From: a virus
Taxonomy: Duplodnaviria > Caudoviricetes
DNA: 64,000 nt
Reading direction: 5' to 3' (one strand)
Virus record (IMG/VR): IMGVR_UViG_3300027415_000005
Span: 2,504 to 66,503 of that record
Shown: positions 53,600 through 63,305 of the stretch, in pieces
How the letters are laid out: the number at the start of each line of letters is the position of its first letter
How positions within the stretch are numbered: position 1 is the stretch's first letter
Position numbers and translations under genes: made by a program
Notes under the pieces: model-generated
Databases searched by the model: none
The model's input: the letters and a program-made list of their open reading frames with translations, nothing else
Told to the model about the DNA's origin: nothing

Positions 53600-54294
53600 C
53601 CACGGATAGCCGCGATCGTGCGGCGCCCCCGTTCCACCACGACTTCGAAGATTGGTGGGGAATGCTCGACGGCAAGCCGTCCTGCATCCCCGCCGGTCGC
53701 GTCTCGCTCGGCTTCTACGCCCGGCGCGAGTCCAATGGCCCGCACATCGGCGTCGCGATCTGGCTGGGCCAGGACAACCGGCCGTGGGTGAAGCTCGGAT
53801 CGCGCACCGCCTTCTCGCTCTCGACCGACGAGGCCGAGGCGCAGTTCTCCGTCGATCACCTGGCCTGGATGATGGCCGTGACGGAGGAGGCCTACCGCGC
53901 GTGGGCCGCCACCGGCGAGTGGCCCGAGGGCACGGTGCTCGACCGGCCCCGGCCGAAAGTGGAGCGGGCGAGGCGGGCCACCGCGGCAGACGCTGAGCCC
54001 GCCGAGAAGCAGCCCGCCGTCTACGTGCGGCTCTACCGCACGATCGACCCGCCGAAGTCCTCGATGACCTTCATGGCGCGGGCCATCGCTCGGACGAAGA
54101 GCGGCGCCGAGGGCTTCAGCGTCGGCTTCTACGCGGACACCGAGGCCGGCGCTCGGAAGATGGCCGAGATCTGGATCGCCGAGGAGCGCGCCAAGGCGGA
54201 TCGCGCCGAGGCCGCCCGAGAAAGCCGCGCGGCTCGTATGCGCCGGTCGGCCGCCAGCCCCGAACATACTGCCCCCGAGGGAGCGTCAGCGTGA
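53596..54294 (+). CDS. Early hypothetical protein
   Basis: GFY.RR...GP.I.VAIW; VTEEAY......G.WP. Confidence 0.65.
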   Translation: MTTDSRDRAAPPFHHDFEDWWGMLDGKPSCIPAGRVSLGFYARRESNGPHIGVAIWLGQDNRPWVKLGSRTAFSLSTDEAEAQFSVDHLAWMMAVTEEAYRAWAATGEWPEGTVLDRPRPKVERARRATAADAEPAEKQPAVYVRLYRTIDPPKSSMTFMARAIARTKSGAEGFSVGFYADTEAGARKMAEIWIAEERAKADRAEAARESRAARMRRSAASPEHTAPEGASA

Positions 54295-54695
54295 GACAGC
54301 GCCACGTGCCGGCCTTCCGCATCCTGACGGATGTCGAGGTCTCTGCCTCCGCGATCGAGCGGTGGCGCGAGCAGTATTCGCATTGGACGCCGGAGCGGCG
54401 CTTCAGCGACGGCAAGTCGAAGGGTGAGGTCGACGCAGCGCTCGACGCCTGCAGTCGCACGCCGTCAGAGATCAGCCGGATCCTGAATGCCGGCTGGGCC
54501 AACCCGCGATGCGACCTCTGCGAGGAGCGCGCGACCGTCGTTGCCCAGGTCGGCGGCGAATACGGCGGCAACACCGTCTCTTGCTGCGTCACCTGCGCCG
54601 AGCGGGTCTGCTTGCTCCTCGGCCAATTCCTCCCGCGCGCTGCTGATCCGGTCGGTAAGCCGCCGCGCCCCCTTCCCGCTGGAGAACTGCCGTGA
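54291..54695 (+). CDS. Zn-finger hypothetical
   Basis: CDLC...C.TC. Confidence 0.6.
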   Translation: MRQRHVPAFRILTDVEVSASAIERWREQYSHWTPERRFSDGKSKGEVDAALDACSRTPSEISRILNAGWANPRCDLCEERATVVAQVGGEYGGNTVSCCVTCAERVCLLLGQFLPRAADPVGKPPRPLPAGELP

Positions 54696-56248
54696 ACGCG
54701 CTCGTGCCGCAGACCGATACCCGTCCGCCGATGGTCACGGGTGGGCGCATTCAGCCCGTGATCCCGCAGAGCATGGAGGACGCCTACCGGCTCGGGAAGG
54801 CGATCGTTGCCGCCGGCATGGCCCCGCGGGGAATGGAGACCCCGGAGAAGTGCATGGTCGCGATCCTGCGCGGCCTCGAGGTCGGCCTGTCGCCCATGCA
54901 GGCGGTCGACAAGATCGCGGTGGTCAACGGCCGGCCGACGATCTGGGGCGACGGTGCGATGGCGCTGGTCCGCGCTTCCGGGCTCTGCGAGTTCGTGAAG
55001 GAGCGGATCGATGGCGACGGCGATGGCCGCATCGCGGTCTGTGAGACGAAGCGCCGGGGCGAGGCCGACACGGTCCGCCGCACGTTCTCGGTCTCCGAGG
55101 CGAAGGAGGCCGGCCTCTGGAACAAGCAGGGGCCGTGGAAGCAATTCCCCGCGCGGATGCTCCAGATGCGCGCCCGGGCCTTTGCGCTGCGCGATCTCTA
55201 CGCGGACGTGCTCGGCGGCCTGTACCTGCGCGAGGAGATCGAGGACGAGGGGCGGCCTGGGCGCGCCGACACGCCGCCGCCGGCCGAGCCGCGCCGGCAG
55301 GTCCAGCAGCAGCCGGTCGCCCAGGTGATCGAGCACCAGCCCGCGGACCCGGCAGCAGATCAGCGCAAGCTGGAGGAGGCAGAGGCCGCCGGCGCGCCCC
55401 AGGAGGTCGTGTCGACCCTCGCGGCGGTTGTGGACGGCGAGGCCGAGGATGTCGTCACGAAGGACTCGCTGCTCGCCGAGCTCGACGACAAGCTCTCGTA
55501 TCAGGGCACGGCCGACGCGATCGAGGAGGCCTACACCGACTTCGATGCGGAGGCCCTGCTGTCGGATTACGAGGGCGGCGTCGAGGCGGCGCGCAAGCTG
55601 AAGGCTCAGCACCTCGACCGCGTCGGCCCGGCCAGCGGCGCCGCCGCGCCCGCGCCCGATACCAGCGGCTTCCCGGGCGAGGCCGCGATTGCACAGGCGT
55701 CCGGCGGGAAGCCGCTCAACCTGCTGCCGCCCGCATCCGACCCGTTCGAGATCCCGGCCGAGTTCAAGGGCGGCGGGCACTATCAGATCTTCATCCGCGC
55801 GGCCGCGGCGGCGGCGAAGGCGCCCGAGGACGAGGACCGGCTCCGGAAGATCTGGGCCGACACCAAGCCGCAGCGTGTCGACCTCGCCCAGCAGGGCCAG
55901 ATCGACAACACGGTGGTGAAGCTGCTGCTGGACGACCTGCAGGCGGCCTTCGCTCGATGCCAGGCCACGGCGCCGCTCGCCGACGACCTGCCGCCGCCCG
56001 CACCACCGCGCGCCGTCAGCCTTGCCCCGGCCGCCGAGGCGCCGCCCGCCAGCAACGACGCGATCGCCGCGTACACCGCCCACCAGGAGCGCGAGCTCGC
56101 CGCCTGCGCCACGAAGCAGGACGTCGCGAAGTGGTGGGCGTCGACCGGTGATGACCGCGACCAGACCGGCGCCAACGACGCGCACCGGATGGCCTGGAAG
56201 TCGAGCATGCAGCGCCGCAAGGCCGATCTGCCCGACGCGGAGGGCTGA
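54692..56248 (+). CDS. recT: RecT-family single-strand annealing protein with long C-terminal tail
   Basis: I.RG.E.GL.PMQA...IAV.NGRP.IWGD...A.V..SG; T...A.EAGLW.K.GPW..FP.RML..RA..FALRD.YAD.L.G. Confidence 0.85.
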   Translation: MNALVPQTDTRPPMVTGGRIQPVIPQSMEDAYRLGKAIVAAGMAPRGMETPEKCMVAILRGLEVGLSPMQAVDKIAVVNGRPTIWGDGAMALVRASGLCEFVKERIDGDGDGRIAVCETKRRGEADTVRRTFSVSEAKEAGLWNKQGPWKQFPARMLQMRARAFALRDLYADVLGGLYLREEIEDEGRPGRADTPPPAEPRRQVQQQPVAQVIEHQPADPAADQRKLEEAEAAGAPQEVVSTLAAVVDGEAEDVVTKDSLLAELDDKLSYQGTADAIEEAYTDFDAEALLSDYEGGVEAARKLKAQHLDRVGPASGAAAPAPDTSGFPGEAAIAQASGGKPLNLLPPASDPFEIPAEFKGGGHYQIFIRAAAAAAKAPEDEDRLRKIWADTKPQRVDLAQQGQIDNTVVKLLLDDLQAAFARCQATAPLADDLPPPAPPRAVSLAPAAEAPPASNDAIAAYTAHQERELAACATKQDVAKWWASTGDDRDQTGANDAHRMAWKSSMQRRKADLPDAEG

Positions 56249-56250
56249 GC

Positions 56251-57354
56251 ATGTCCTCCTGGTCCCCTCAGCAGGACGCGGCCATCCGCGACGTTCAGGC
56301 GTGGCTCAAGGATCCGAGCGCGCCGCAGGTGTTCCGGCTCTTCGGCTTTGCCGGAACCGGGAAGACGACGCTGGCCCGGGAACTGGCCGGCGACGTGCGG
56401 GGCAAGGTGCTCTTCGGCGCCTTCACCGGGAAGGCCGCGCTGGTGCTGCGCAAGAAGGGCTGCACCAACGCCTCGACCATCCACTCCATGATCTACAAGC
56501 TGGACGAGGAGGACGAGCAGCGCTGGCAGCCGAAGTTCATCCTCAACCCGCTCTCGGTTGTGAAGGGCGCCAAGCTCGTCGTGATCGACGAGTGCTCCAT
56601 GGTCGGCGAGGAGCTCGCCCGGGACCTGCTGTCGTTCGGTGTGAAGGTGCTGGTGCTGGGCGATCCAGCGCAGCTCCCGCCGGTGAAGGACGCTGGCTTC
56701 TTCACGAACCATGCGCCCGATGTGATGCTCACGGAGGTGCACCGGCAGGCTGCCGAGAACCCAATCATCCGCATGTCGATGGACATCCGGCAGGGCAAGC
56801 GGCTGCAGCACGGCCAGTATGGCGACAGCCGGGTGATTAGCGCCGACGGGCTCGGGCGGAAAGCCGTGCTCAACGCCGGCATCGTGCTGGCCGGCCGCAA
56901 CGCCACGCGCCGAGAGCTGAACGCCAAAATACGCGCGCTCCACGGCTACGACAGCGCGCACCCGCTACCCGGCGAGCGCCTCGTCTGCCTCCGGAACAAC
57001 AAGGACAAGAAGCTCCTCAACGGCGGCCTCTGGGGCGTTCATTCCGTCCAGAAGATCAAGGAAGTCGGCGTCGAGCTGCTGGTCACGTCCGACGACACGC
57101 CGGAGACCACACCGACCGAGATCTACGTCCGCCACGAGTATTTCGCTGGCGTCGAGGAGCTGCTCTCATGGGAGCAGCGCAAGTTCACGGACGAGTTCAC
57201 CTTCGGCTACTGCCTGACCGTTCATAAGAGCCAGGGCTCGCAGTGGGACGATGTGATCGTCTTCGACGAGAGCTCGACGTTCCGTGAGGATGCCAAGCGC
57301 TGGCTCTACACAGGCGTCACCCGGGCCGCCGAGCGTGTGACGGTGGTCGCATGA
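56251..57354 (+). CDS. SF1B helicase (RecD/Dda-like)
   Basis: GFAGTGKTT; DECSM; LGDPAQLPPV; LTEVHRQ; Y.LTVHKSQGS.W; LYTGVTRA. Confidence 0.92.
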   Translation: MSSWSPQQDAAIRDVQAWLKDPSAPQVFRLFGFAGTGKTTLARELAGDVRGKVLFGAFTGKAALVLRKKGCTNASTIHSMIYKLDEEDEQRWQPKFILNPLSVVKGAKLVVIDECSMVGEELARDLLSFGVKVLVLGDPAQLPPVKDAGFFTNHAPDVMLTEVHRQAAENPIIRMSMDIRQGKRLQHGQYGDSRVISADGLGRKAVLNAGIVLAGRNATRRELNAKIRALHGYDSAHPLPGERLVCLRNNKDKKLLNGGLWGVHSVQKIKEVGVELLVTSDDTPETTPTEIYVRHEYFAGVEELLSWEQRKFTDEFTFGYCLTVHKSQGSQWDDVIVFDESSTFREDAKRWLYTGVTRAAERVTVVA

Positions 57355-57773
57355 CCCGCCGCGCCGCTCCCGCGATCATCATGCGCGTCGAGGCGCGCGG
57401 GCCGGTCCCCGCGTCCGGCAACGACGCCGAGGACTACGGCCGGCTGAAGATCGGGTCGTTCGTCGAGGTGCGCCCGTACCGCGGCGAGCCCAGCAAGGCG
57501 CTGGCTGCTTGGTGGCTCCTCTGCGGCCGCACCGCCGAGGCGCTCGACGACACCCACACGAAGCACTCGATCTCGAACCGGATCCTGCTCGACCTGAACA
57601 TGGTGGAGACCGTGGTGCTGATCGGCGGCGAGCACCGCATTCCGATGAGCCTCACCGACTTCGACGAGGAGCAGCTCTGGCGGCTGGTCGAGGCCGGCAA
57701 GAACTACGTCGAGAACGTGCTGATCCCGAACGTCGACATCGACGCGCTGATGAAGAGCCGGAGGTCCGCATGA
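57351..57773 (+). CDS. NinB/DUF1367-like recombination accessory protein
   Basis: IP.S...FDE.......; position after the helicase. Confidence 0.45.
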   Translation: MTRRAAPAIIMRVEARGPVPASGNDAEDYGRLKIGSFVEVRPYRGEPSKALAAWWLLCGRTAEALDDTHTKHSISNRILLDLNMVETVVLIGGEHRIPMSLTDFDEEQLWRLVEAGKNYVENVLIPNVDIDALMKSRRSA

Positions 57774-57967
57774 GCGCGACCTGCCTCATCACAGCGGCCG
57801 CGATCACGCTGGCGAACATCCTGATCATCGACGGCCTGCTCGGCATCGCCGACATCGGCCACCGCGAGGCAGCCTGCGGGCGCTGCATCCTCACCCGGTC
57901 CGTCGAGGTGAGCGGCGGCGTCTTCATGGCGACCGGCATCCTGGCTGTGCTGGGGGGCTTCTTGTGA
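57770..57967 (+). CDS. Small membrane protein
   Basis: Two hydrophobic segments; ATGA coupling. Confidence 0.5.
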   Translation: MSATCLITAAAITLANILIIDGLLGIADIGHREAACGRCILTRSVEVSGGVFMATGILAVLGGFL

Positions 57968-58458
57968 AGGCAGAGCCTCGCCGTACGCCGCCGCTGTCCG
58001 TGAAGCTGGAGGCCGCCCTCAATCAGCTCGAGGCGGCCATGCGCAAGCTCGGGATGATCCCGGTCGAGTGCACCGTCCCGGAATGGCAGTTCGACCACGA
58101 CCCGGCCCTCGGCCTGCGCGCTGTCGACGACAATGGCACGCACCGGCCGCACCAGCACGACGTCCGTTTTCTCGTGTGGCGGCCGCGCGTCGAGCACGCG
58201 GTGAAGACCACCGGGCGCCGGGGCGAATCCGATCTGAGCCTTCGCGATGGCGACCAGGCGAAGATCGCCAAGGTGAAGCGCCGCGACCGGAAGCGCGCCG
58301 CCGAGCAGGCTGAGGCGTCCGCGCCCGCCAGCCCTCCGAAGCCGGCCAAGCCCAAGCGCTCTATGCGCGGACGGCCGGACAAAAAGCTCTCGCCCTGCCG
58401 ACAGCCGTCGAAGCTGGCCGGGCTCCCCCGCAACACCTTCACGGAGCGCGCCCGATGA
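57964..58458 (+). CDS. HNH-like endonuclease (degenerate)
   Basis: FDHDPAL...H.VKT...D...IAK.KR. Confidence 0.55.
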   Translation: MKAEPRRTPPLSVKLEAALNQLEAAMRKLGMIPVECTVPEWQFDHDPALGLRAVDDNGTHRPHQHDVRFLVWRPRVEHAVKTTGRRGESDLSLRDGDQAKIAKVKRRDRKRAAEQAEASAPASPPKPAKPKRSMRGRPDKKLSPCRQPSKLAGLPRNTFTERAR

Positions 58459-58826
58459 GCGTCGAACCCTTGGCCGTGCCCGGCCCGAAGACCTGCACCG
58501 ACCTCGACGTCCGCATCGGGGATCGCGTTCGGATCGCCCGGCAGCGTGCCCGCCTGACCCAATCGGCCCTGGCCGCCGCGCTGAACATCTCGTTCCAGCA
58601 GATCCAGAAGTACGAGAAGGGCCGGAACCGGTTCTCCGCCAGCAGCCTCCAGCGCGTGGCCGATCTCCTCGGCGTCCCGGTGGCGTCCTTCTACGACGAG
58701 CCGGGCCCGGTCCGGGTGCCGCCTCCGCTCTCTGTCGCCGAAGCCCGCGCCGCCCAGCGTGCCGCCACCGAGGCGCTTGAGGAAGCCGTGCGCCGCGAGG
58801 CCGCTGCGATGCAGGTGGCGGCATGA
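58455..58826 (+). CDS. XRE-family HTH regulator
   Basis: D..IG.R.R..R....LTQ..LA..L.ISFQQ.QKYE.G.NR.SA..L...A..L.VP...F. Confidence 0.88.
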   Translation: MSVEPLAVPGPKTCTDLDVRIGDRVRIARQRARLTQSALAAALNISFQQIQKYEKGRNRFSASSLQRVADLLGVPVASFYDEPGPVRVPPPLSVAEARAAQRAATEALEEAVRREAAAMQVAA

Positions 58827-58864
58827 CTGTCCGCACTCTTCCGCACAGCAGCGGCCAGGCGGGG

Positions 58865-59131
58865 TCAGGCTGCGCGAGCGTCCTGCGCCACCTGCAGGTC
58901 GAGCCAGAGGTCGAGACCGAGCGGGCCCTGCTTGCGCAGCGCGACACGGGCGCGCCGGACCTCGCCGGCACGGACGAAGGTCAGGTGTTCCGGGATGCCG
59001 CCAGCAGTGATCACGCGCACGTGGGCGGTCGCGTCCGTAGACGAGATCACTGTGCACGGCACGTCGAAGCTGCCGAGACGGATCATGGCCGTCGGGTGCG
59101 TGGACGCCTGGGTGAAGTGCTTGTTGGCCAT
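58865..59131 (-). CDS. PilZ-like beta-barrel protein, antisense within the early operon
   Basis: C.V......A.V.V....GIPE...; AAGGA Shine-Dalgarno. Confidence 0.45.
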   Translation of the reverse strand: MANKHFTQASTHPTAMIRLGSFDVPCTVISSTDATAHVRVITAGGIPEHLTFVRAGEVRRARVALRKQGPLGLDLWLDLQVAQDARAA

Positions 59132-59321
59132 GCTGCGCGTGTCCTTTGTGCGGAGGCCGTCAGCGTAGGCGTTTCAGGCGTTCCGGTCCGTTGCAGTGCA
59201 GCAACGGCCTCAGCGGTTGCGGTGGCGAGATCATGACCGCCCCCAACGATCCTCCCGCTCTCCCCGCCACCGATGCCCTGGCCGCCGTGAAGGCGGGTGA
59301 GGACGAGAATGGGAGGGCGGC

Positions 59322-60230
59322 GTGAGCGAGAAGCCCTCCTACGACCGTGGCGATTGGGTCGGCGGTCTCGCCGAGTGGATCGATGGCGACACGGCATACC
59401 TGTCGGTCGCCTTCACCTGGAAGCTCGACGACGCCTATCAGCGGGCGATCTTCCTTCGCGCGCAGGGCTACCGCGTCCGCGCGGGCGGACCCGGCATCTT
59501 CACCCGCAAGCACTACCTCGCGGACGTGGCTGAGATTGGCGGCGCGCTGCCCGGCGGCGAGGCGCTGATCCGGCACAACCCGATGGCGACGATCGCGAGC
59601 CGCGGCTGCCCGGTCGGCTGCTGGTTCTGCATCGTGCCGAAGATGGAGGGGAAGGAGTTCACCGAGCTGCCGGACTTCCCGGTCCGGCCGGTGCTCTGCG
59701 ACAACAACCTGTCGGCCCTGTCGCCGGCCTTCCAGCAGCACATCGTCGACCGTTATCGCGCGACCGGCGTGCCGCTCCTCAACGCCAACAGCGGGTTCGA
59801 GCCGGCCACCTTCGACGACGAGGTGTTCTCCCGGTGGCGGCCGATCAACCGCGGGCCGTGGCGGTTCGGCTTCGACGAGACCACCGAGGGCGCCGCTGTC
59901 GAGCGCGCCTTCCGGGTGCTGAAGGGCGTCTCAGCGCGCCGGAAGCAGGTCTACACGATGATCGGCCACGAGCCGTTCGAGGTCTGCATGGAGCGGCTCC
60001 GGCGCGTGATCGCATGGGGCGGCGAGCCCTACGCGCAGCCCTTCATCAAGCTAAACGCGCTCTCGAAGACGCCAGCCATCCGGCACGACTGGTCGCCGGT
60101 GCTCCTCGCCCGCGTCCAGCGATGGGTGAACCGGCGCGTGTGGCGGGACGTGCCCTTCGAGCAGTACCGGCCGTCCGCCAAGACGAGCCAGGACACCGCC
60201 CATCCGGATCAGATGGAGCTGGTCCCGTGA
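59322..60230 (+). CDS. Radical SAM protein
   Basis: SRGCPVGCWFC (CxxxCxxC); L.DNN; N-terminal Rossmann-like YLSV.FTW...GGP. Confidence 0.88.
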   Translation: MSEKPSYDRGDWVGGLAEWIDGDTAYLSVAFTWKLDDAYQRAIFLRAQGYRVRAGGPGIFTRKHYLADVAEIGGALPGGEALIRHNPMATIASRGCPVGCWFCIVPKMEGKEFTELPDFPVRPVLCDNNLSALSPAFQQHIVDRYRATGVPLLNANSGFEPATFDDEVFSRWRPINRGPWRFGFDETTEGAAVERAFRVLKGVSARRKQVYTMIGHEPFEVCMERLRRVIAWGGEPYAQPFIKLNALSKTPAIRHDWSPVLLARVQRWVNRRVWRDVPFEQYRPSAKTSQDTAHPDQMELVP

Positions 60231-60285
60231 TGATCCCCCTCCTCCCCCTACCCAGCGCCATCGCGATCACCGCGGGAGATGACGC

Positions 60286-60510
60286 ATGAAGGTCCTTGGT
60301 TTGGTTGCCGGCTGCCATGAGTGCCCGAACAAGAGCTACTATTCGGGCGGCCAGTACGTCTGCGCGAAAGCAAACGCGCCGCTCCCGTTCAATCAGGGCC
60401 CCAATCAAATACCGGAGTGGTGCCCACTCGCCGACTATCCAGCCCGTGCCATGGGCCGATTGTCTGAGGAGAACGCCGCTCTCCGTCGCCAGCTTGAGCA
60501 GCGGGACTGA
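60286..60510 (+). CDS. Small Cys-rich hypothetical
   Basis: C.EC...C...P.WCPL. Confidence 0.6.
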   Translation: MKVLGLVAGCHECPNKSYYSGGQYVCAKANAPLPFNQGPNQIPEWCPLADYPARAMGRLSEENAALRRQLEQRD

Positions 60511-60576
60511 GATGGCGATCGGATCCTCCCTCGCCCTGGCCGCCGGTCTGCTCGCCTACACCGCAGGAGAAGCCGC

Positions 60577-61017
60577 GTGATGACTCTCCGCACGCTCAAG
60601 AAGCGCTCGAAGCAGGCGCTTCCGATCCTGCAGAAGCACTACCCAGATGTGCTGCGCGACCTCGGCGAAGTGTTTCTCGCCAAGCGCGGCGAGAACTACC
60701 ACGGCTACGTGATCCGCTGCACGCACGGGGCCAGCGACCCAGGTGACGGCATGCGCCGCCACTGCTCCTGCAGCTACCACCCGCTGCCGGGCACGCCGAT
60801 GACGGGCGAGGTCTCCGGCTACTACGAGCCCGAGTGGAACGAGCGGCCGGTCTACCAGACGCTGGTCGAGGCCGTCCGGTGGCACGATCGCCCGGCGACG
60901 ATGACGGACCGGGAGTGGCGCCGCACGCTCGCCATCACCCGCACGGCGCCAATCACCGAGGCCGAGATGGCCGCTTGGGCTGCCGAGGACGAAGTGGATC
61001 TGGAGAACGCGGCATGA
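60577..61017 (+). CDS. Hypothetical
   Basis: 146 aa; coupled in the operon. Confidence 0.6.
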   Translation: MMTLRTLKKRSKQALPILQKHYPDVLRDLGEVFLAKRGENYHGYVIRCTHGASDPGDGMRRHCSCSYHPLPGTPMTGEVSGYYEPEWNERPVYQTLVEAVRWHDRPATMTDREWRRTLAITRTAPITEAEMAAWAAEDEVDLENAA

Positions 61018-61379
61018 GCCCGTTCATCAGTCCGTGGCCCGCGCACGTCCCGCACATTGGCGGCATCCGCATCGTCGCCAGCGAGGCCATGCCGACCAAC
61101 ACCGTCGAGGACTGGACGGAGGTTCGCTCGCCTTCCCGGGCCGCGCGTCGGCGCCGTCAGGGCCATCGCCAGCGGATCATCTACCGGCAGGAGCCCCGGC
61201 GCGAGATCCTGTACGCCGAGGCGCAGAACCTGATGTTCATGCACCCGGTCGTGCTGCGCGAGTTCCAGGCGGCGCTAAAGCGACGCGAGGCGACCAACGA
61301 CTATTGGGCCGCTGTGAAGAAGGCGCTGCTCGACGTCGGGTGCCGGCAGGCCGCGGCCAGCATGGGAGCCCGGGTATGA
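61014..61379 (+). CDS. Hypothetical
   Basis: ATGA coupling; 121 aa. Confidence 0.55.
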   Translation: MSPFISPWPAHVPHIGGIRIVASEAMPTNTVEDWTEVRSPSRAARRRRQGHRQRIIYRQEPRREILYAEAQNLMFMHPVVLREFQAALKRREATNDYWAAVKKALLDVGCRQAAASMGARV

Positions 61380-61840
61380 CCTCCGCCCCCGATACCGGCC
61401 GGACGGCCGAGGAGATGCGGGACGACCTCGCTGGCGAGTTGGCAGACGTCATCCTTGAGGGTGGCGCCATGTCTCCGAAGATGCTCGCGGATCGGCTCAT
61501 GGCCCGTCCGCTGGCCCCGCTCCTTTCTGAAGCCGCCCACCTCCGCGCCGAGAACGCCAACCTCCGGGATAGGGTGAGGGAAGTGGAGAAGGGCGTCGAG
61601 ATGATGCGGGAGGCCTGCCTGAAGGCAGCGATCAGCGCGTCCTACGGGCCGCCGTCATCTTGGCCCGGCCCCTACCCGAAAGGCTGGAAGCATCCGCCCT
61701 GCTGGGAGCCGGGCCAGAAGCCGACGCCCGATCAGGCCGCATGGCACGACAACGGCGCCCGAGATGCCTGGTTCGCGATCCGCGCGCTGGCGGGGCCCCC
61801 TGTTGGTCTGAACGAGAAGGGAGGGACCGGTGCCGCGTAG
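61376..61840 (+). CDS. Hypothetical
   Basis: ATGA coupling; 154 aa. Confidence 0.55.
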   Translation: MTSAPDTGRTAEEMRDDLAGELADVILEGGAMSPKMLADRLMARPLAPLLSEAAHLRAENANLRDRVREVEKGVEMMREACLKAAISASYGPPSSWPGPYPKGWKHPPCWEPGQKPTPDQAAWHDNGARDAWFAIRALAGPPVGLNEKGGTGAA

Positions 61841-62087
61841 CGTTCGGGCGGTCGAGCGAGCAGAGCCGACCTGCCTCTATCCGGACGAGAAAGAGCTCGC
61901 CGAGATCATCATGGGGCCGGCCCGCTCGAAGGGCTGGACCGGGCTCGCCGTAGTGCTCGAGCGTGGGGGCTTTCCGCGCATCGATCCGCAGTTCGGCGGC
62001 CGCTACTGGCCGGCCGTGAAAGCCTTTCTGGACCGGCGGTATCATGTCGGCGACGATGCCGGCGCTCGGCGGCCGCGCCGGGAATAG
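61830..62087 (+). CDS. Probable excisionase / recombination directionality factor
   Basis: Small winged-helix-like ORF (FP..DP..GGRYWPAV..F.D.R) immediately upstream of the integrase. Confidence 0.65.
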   Translation: MPRSVRAVERAEPTCLYPDEKELAEIIMGPARSKGWTGLAVVLERGGFPRIDPQFGGRYWPAVKAFLDRRYHVGDDAGARRPRRE

Positions 62088-62099
62088 GAGATCCACATC

Positions 62100-63305
62100 A
62101 TGACAGCCGAGGATGCGCTCTACAGCCCAGGGCTGAAGCGCATGAAGCGCCACAATGGGCGCATCGATCTCTATTGGGTGGCCGACGAGAAGCTCGTCGC
62201 GAAGGGCTACCCGACCAAGACGGTTCGGATCCCGAGCGATATGCCGCCTGAAGGCATCGCCGCCCGGTGTCAGATCCTGCAACAGGAGATGCTGGAGTGG
62301 GCAGGCGGGTTCGTGCCGTCCAAGAACTCAGCCGTCCCCGGCACCTTGGAATGGGTGTGCCGCGCGTTCGAGACCGACACGGACTCGCCCTATCACGACA
62401 GGCGCCAGGCGACCCGCGTCTTCTACTCGAAATACATCCGCACGCTGGTCGACACGGCGGGTCACATGCACCTCGCCGACATCCTCGGGCGGGACGTGCG
62501 CCGCTGGCACAAAGACTGGAGCGCCTCGACGGGCGAGCGGAGCGCCTATGCCTGCATCCAGACCCTGCGGCGGGTCGTGAGCTACGGGTGCGAGCTGCGG
62601 AACGCCGACGCGATCGAATTGGCGGCGGTGCTGGAGCGGACCGAGTTTCCGATGCCGCGGAAGCGCAAGCACCGGCCGACCTTCGAGCAGATCGTGGCGC
62701 TCCGCAGGGCCGCCCATGCGGCGGACCGGCCGAGCATCGCGCTTGCCGTCGCGCTCCAATTCGAGCTCGGCCTGCGACAGAAGGACGTGATCGGGGAATG
62801 GGTGCGGCCGACGCCGGCCCAACGCGCGGCGATCACCGGCGCGATCACCGATGGCGTCTGGGTTTGGCAATGGGGGCTGACCTGGAACCACATCACTGCC
62901 GAGCACCTCCTCGAGAAGCCGACCTCGAAGTCCAACGGGCGCGAGGTCGCGGCGCACGATCTGCGGCTGCACCCCGAGATCCTCGCCGAGCTGCCGCCGC
63001 GCGGGGTCGGTCCGGTGGTGGTCGACGAGCGGTCCAAGCTGCCCTGGAAGGCGACCCACTTCTCGCACACGTTCCGCAAGATCGCTCGGGCCGCCGGCTG
63101 GCCGGATGACCTCTGGAACATGGACAGCCGAGCCGGCGCCGTGTCGGAGGCCTTCGAGGCGGGGGCGGACGCGACCGACGTGATGCGCACGGCCACCCAC
63201 ACGCAGATGTCCACGACGATGATCTACAACCGCGGAGGGGTGGTCCAATCGAGCCGCGTGGCAGAGCTTCGAGCCGCCCGGCGGAAGGGACGCGAACAGG
63301 GCTGA
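62100..63305 (+). CDS. int: Tyrosine integrase
   Basis: LGLRQKD (catalytic R); NMDSR in place of HxLR; H...STT.IY (catalytic Y); adjacent to the tRNA. Confidence 0.88.
   Translation: MTAEDALYSPGLKRMKRHNGRIDLYWVADEKLVAKGYPTKTVRIPSDMPPEGIAARCQILQQEMLEWAGGFVPSKNSAVPGTLEWVCRAFETDTDSPYHDRRQATRVFYSKYIRTLVDTAGHMHLADILGRDVRRWHKDWSASTGERSAYACIQTLRRVVSYGCELRNADAIELAAVLERTEFPMPRKRKHRPTFEQIVALRRAAHAADRPSIALAVALQFELGLRQKDVIGEWVRPTPAQRAAITGAITDGVWVWQWGLTWNHITAEHLLEKPTSKSNGREVAAHDLRLHPEILAELPPRGVGPVVVDERSKLPWKATHFSHTFRKIARAAGWPDDLWNMDSRAGAVSEAFEAGADATDVMRTATHTQMSTTMIYNRGGVVQSSRVAELRAARRKGREQG

Noticed and set aside
54116-56185. 689-aa minus-strand ORF, and similar long antisense ORFs (e.g. 29176-31017, 27752-29884, 33779-35338)
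   Set aside because: Antisense shadows of recognisable genes, expected from stop-codon scarcity at high GC
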